Program-made: the position numbers and the translations under genes
Assembly (NCBI GenBank): GCA_051047955.1
Contig: JBPGPT010000001.1
Location: 1,054,001 to 1,118,000 of the forward strand
Length of the DNA: 64,000 nt
Direction of reading: 5' to 3'
DNA from: Cystobasidiomycetes sp. EMM_F5
Taxonomy: Eukaryota
The notes under the pieces: model-generated
What the model saw: only the letters and a program-made list of their open reading frames with translations
The model's database searches: none
Told to the model about the DNA's origin: nothing
Shown here: positions 60,601-64,000 of the stretch, piece by piece
Layout: the number at the start of each line of letters is the position of its first letter
How positions within the stretch are numbered: position 1 is the first letter of the stretch

Positions 60601-63600
60601 GCAGCTACAAACAAGGCGGACCTGACTGATTTTGTGGTACACCATACGCGGACAATCAAGCCTGCAAACAAAGTCGCGGCTGATCAGATTGCCAAAGCGA
60701 ATGCGCATAGCAAACCTGATCCAGTCACAGACAAGATTTTGGTAAGTGTCCATACTCGACGCGATGGCACGTTTAGACTGACACTTCTGGCCGAACAGGC
60801 TGCTGTTGTTGCGAAGCTGACAAGATGGATAGAACATGGGAGCAAGCAGCGCGACCGCAGAGGAATACTACCATCGCCTACACAATCTATGCCGATTTCG
60901 CCTCGCCTTTCTACTAATAATATAGATATGGACAATAGCAAGAATGCCAACGGCAGCACTGCTCGACAAGATGCAGCTTCTAACAAGAACCCTCATGCAG
61001 CAACAAAACGAACTGTAGCGCACGCAGACCCGACGCATCTTGCTGGAGAACCACCTTCTGCCTCCAAAGACCCGAACGCTGTGGATACCACTAAGATCTA
61101 CAAACAGCAGAATGTGAAGGTGACCGGACGTACAATCTCAGACACCATACCCGACAAAGCACCCACGACTATGCCAGAAGTTGCTCGGCAGGCCGGCCTC
61201 AGCACAAGCACCGCAACTCTCCCTGGTGTAGCTCTGCATCTCAGGAAGACTGAGCCTCTGCAGCTGACGTCGAAGCAAACGTCTAATGTCTCATCTACGC
61301 CTGCTCTGCCCAAGGCCATTGCTGGCGCTCCTTTGCCTGACAGCGAGGCATGGACCGCTATCACTGCTGCTCTGAAGTCTTACATCGAGGGAGTGAGGCA
61401 AGGCCTTGCAGATCGTGCAAATCATATCGTCAATACCTTCGTGCCTAAGTATAAGGAGGAGGAGATGAAAGGAATTATGACGGCTGCAGTGTTGTCACAC
61501 TCTCAACGCAAGGTGCTACTGGACTGGTGAGTAGACTATACTTTAGACCCACCTTGACATGATAATGACGGTTGCATTTGCGGGTAGGATTGAAGCAGCT
61601 TTCGACGATCTACAAGGCAGCCCTTCGAATCGCGGGGCATGCCTGGATTCCATCGGAATGGTCATCGAAAGGTGAGCGTGGCAACGCATGATGGTTCGTG
61701 TCGCATACTGACAGACTTGTAGTCGCATGCTCAGCTTTCATAGTTTGAGCGGTCACCAAGCATCCCATCAACGCTTCAGGAACATTCTTGCGCGCTTGCT
61801 GGCATTTGCTATTGACAAATTGAATGGAAAGGGTAAGTTAGTGACGTATACTATGACTCTTGTAGCTGAGAGCGCAGCGAAGCTATATTTGCAAATACCC
61901 GTGGATTCTCTGGAAAAGTACTCGGTGAGCTAGCAGCGTTGATTGTTTCTGATGTCATCTAAGTCTCACCGCTGGATCCTTTGCTTTATCAGCGGCTGCG
62001 TACTGGCACCTGGACGGCGTGGGCTCCAAACTATTACGTCTCTTGCCTGCAGTCAAAAAGCAACACATACTGCGCATCGTCAAAGAAAGTGGACGCGATA
62101 CCTGGTGCGTAGTGAATTGATATGCGTACAGTAATTACTGAAGTTCTCGTCTAGTCCCGGCAAATTTCCCCAGCATCTCTGTGGTCTTTTGTTTACGGGC
62201 GATGCCGGCAAATACATCACGCTGTTTCCATCAGTCCGCACTGGCAGGGATGCAGAAACTTACTTGTTCAGCGCGACCGTCCCGCGATTGTCCGCTGCAC
62301 ATGTTGAACGAGGCGGCTCTGCGGATGCATCCGACATACAAGAGATCAAGATTGAGATGACTGGCAATTGGCTTATTCGATGGACGGCAACCGATTCAGA
62401 CTTACCTTTCGCGTTCATGCGTGCCTATCACCGCCAATTGGCTAACTATCTGCCTATCTACGAAATAGGCGCAGCTCGACTAGATGCCAAACATCTCATC
62501 TCTGCACCGGGATACGTATATATTGCGGCGACTTTGCTCGAAGTCTGCGATGCTCTCATACATCGTCAGCTTCGTTCCGTAACCACTGTAAATATTGATT
62601 CGATGAAGTCCGGGTCGTAGAATCTTACTTTGCATTGCCTAGATGGCACCACCGTCCACAGGTATCAACGCAAACGAGTCAGCGAATCTTCAAGCCGGGC
62701 AGAAGCCCAAGGCATTGGAGGTCGTAAGTAAGCGAGTGGTACAAACAATATTTGAGGTCGTTGGAGGCTCGCTTCAAGGCGGCGCAGAAGACGCTTCTCC
62801 GCAAGCTTATGCCTCCGCATCGTTGCGGCACAATTTCGGGTGCTCAGTCAAAATCTGGATTGCGGCAATAACAAAGCGAACGTCCATGTGGGACACCCGC
62901 GGCATTTTCGCTCTTCTGGACCTCATCGAAGGTCTGATGTATAACATCTGTTCCCCACCGATTGAAGGGGTCGCGGCCGAGGAAGACGAAATCTGGAAGC
63001 CATCGGAGATCGGTCTTGCTCTCTTTGACACCTCGTTCATCCTATCTTTCATCAAGACTATTCTAGCGAAAGCCGATAATACCACATGTTTATTAAGAAC
63101 TATCAGCTTTCTTTATACGGAATTTGCATCGTACGTGCATCATTCTCAAGAGTTATTCAGTCTCACTTCTTCTGCTCAGATTCACTACAAGACCCGCCGA
63201 TCGCGAGTCACTGTGTGACAATATTATCCTGGCTCCCGAGGTGTTTGACCGCCTGTTTCTGTTTTACAATGTCGGAGTGCGAGGTGCGGTTCAGAGCCTG
63301 AAGGAGGTCGCTCGGATTGAGTGTATTTCTCTTTATAGGGTACTTTTTACGGCTCTTGGTATATCGGCTTGCTCGACTCGGAAGCGATGATGACAGCAGA
63401 AATGTAATATTACGTGATCCTTCGATATTCACTACGCTCCGCCTATTTGAGACACGCTTGCAGAATATCCGGGAACGTCACGAGTAGGTCGCCAGATGAG
63501 ACTCCTCAAGAAGCTGAATCGAAGCTAAGCCATCATCTATAGCGAACTAGACCCCTTAGACGACTATACAAGTGACTCGGAAGACGAATTTCGCCCAAGG

Positions 63601-64000
63601 CACATGAATCGATCGACCATTTGCTCTACGTGGGGCGTGAGAGACAAACCTTGGGTGATGGGTAGTCCAAGTCCTCGCTCTTCACTAGATCAAGTCAACG
63701 AGGATCAAAGCGCTGAGAATAGTCAATCTCAGCTAGTTGAAGCGATTGAGGAACGCAGTCGCGATGTCGCGGCTACTCCTTCTGCCACATCTCCCCTCAC
63801 GGATCCACCTCATGGAAAGGCTACGAAGCTGAATGCAGCAAAAAAGGTAGCTGGCGGATGGTGGTCCTCTCTGACTAGCAAGACACACCGCAAAGCAAGT
63901 CCACACAGCGGTCAGGAGATTCTGTCGTCACAGAGGCGCCTCGCACCGATTACAACGCAGTCTACCGAAACAGCCTCTGTTTTGCCGTCAGCTTCAGACT
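57604..64000 (+). CDS. Large fungal protein: ~1250-aa Ser-rich disordered N-terminus plus a DUF1765 (UPF0592)-like helical domain; runs off the window end
   Basis: 3.9-kb open first exon, then NRGACLDSIGMVIE, FMRAYHRQL...SAPGY, AITKRTSMWD, LFDTSFILSFIK...LRTISFLY, LFLFYNVGVR|GYFLRLLVYR. Confidence 0.68.

Overview
Gene-dense eukaryotic DNA from a fungus. Short (~50-70 nt) spliceosomal introns with CTRAY branch points and the protein families suggest a basidiomycete, probably a Pucciniomycotina yeast (inferred, not verified). The ORF track fragments nearly every gene, so the models below were spliced by hand. Left to right: SQR (partial), Fun30/SMARCAD1 remodeler, DUF1279 protein, APC5, RNase T2, aldo-keto reductase, TRM112, BMT5, a Clr4/DIM-5 H3K9 methyltransferase tail-to-tail with an RNA-dependent RNA polymerase, then an odd ~2.8 kb island (GIY-YIG-like ORF, tRNA-Ile(AAT), AT-rich tandem repeat, orphan 3' fragment of D-serine dehydratase). 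After that come U2AF1, an alpha-arrestin, a DUF3844 protein, an Mx-like dynamin, a hidden 3-exon secreted repeat-peptide precursor, RPS0 flanked by two candidate structured RNAs, an Ams2/Spt21-like GATA factor, two tandem AA7/BBE oxidases, PHO88, a GH13_5 alpha-amylase, NSA2 and a DUF1765 protein (partial). The most novel item is the 90-aa precursor, missed by the ORF track, with a signal peptide and two dibasic-site-separated cores DTxHSTxCDxHPxSAxC. All family calls are from motif recognition; no database searches were run.
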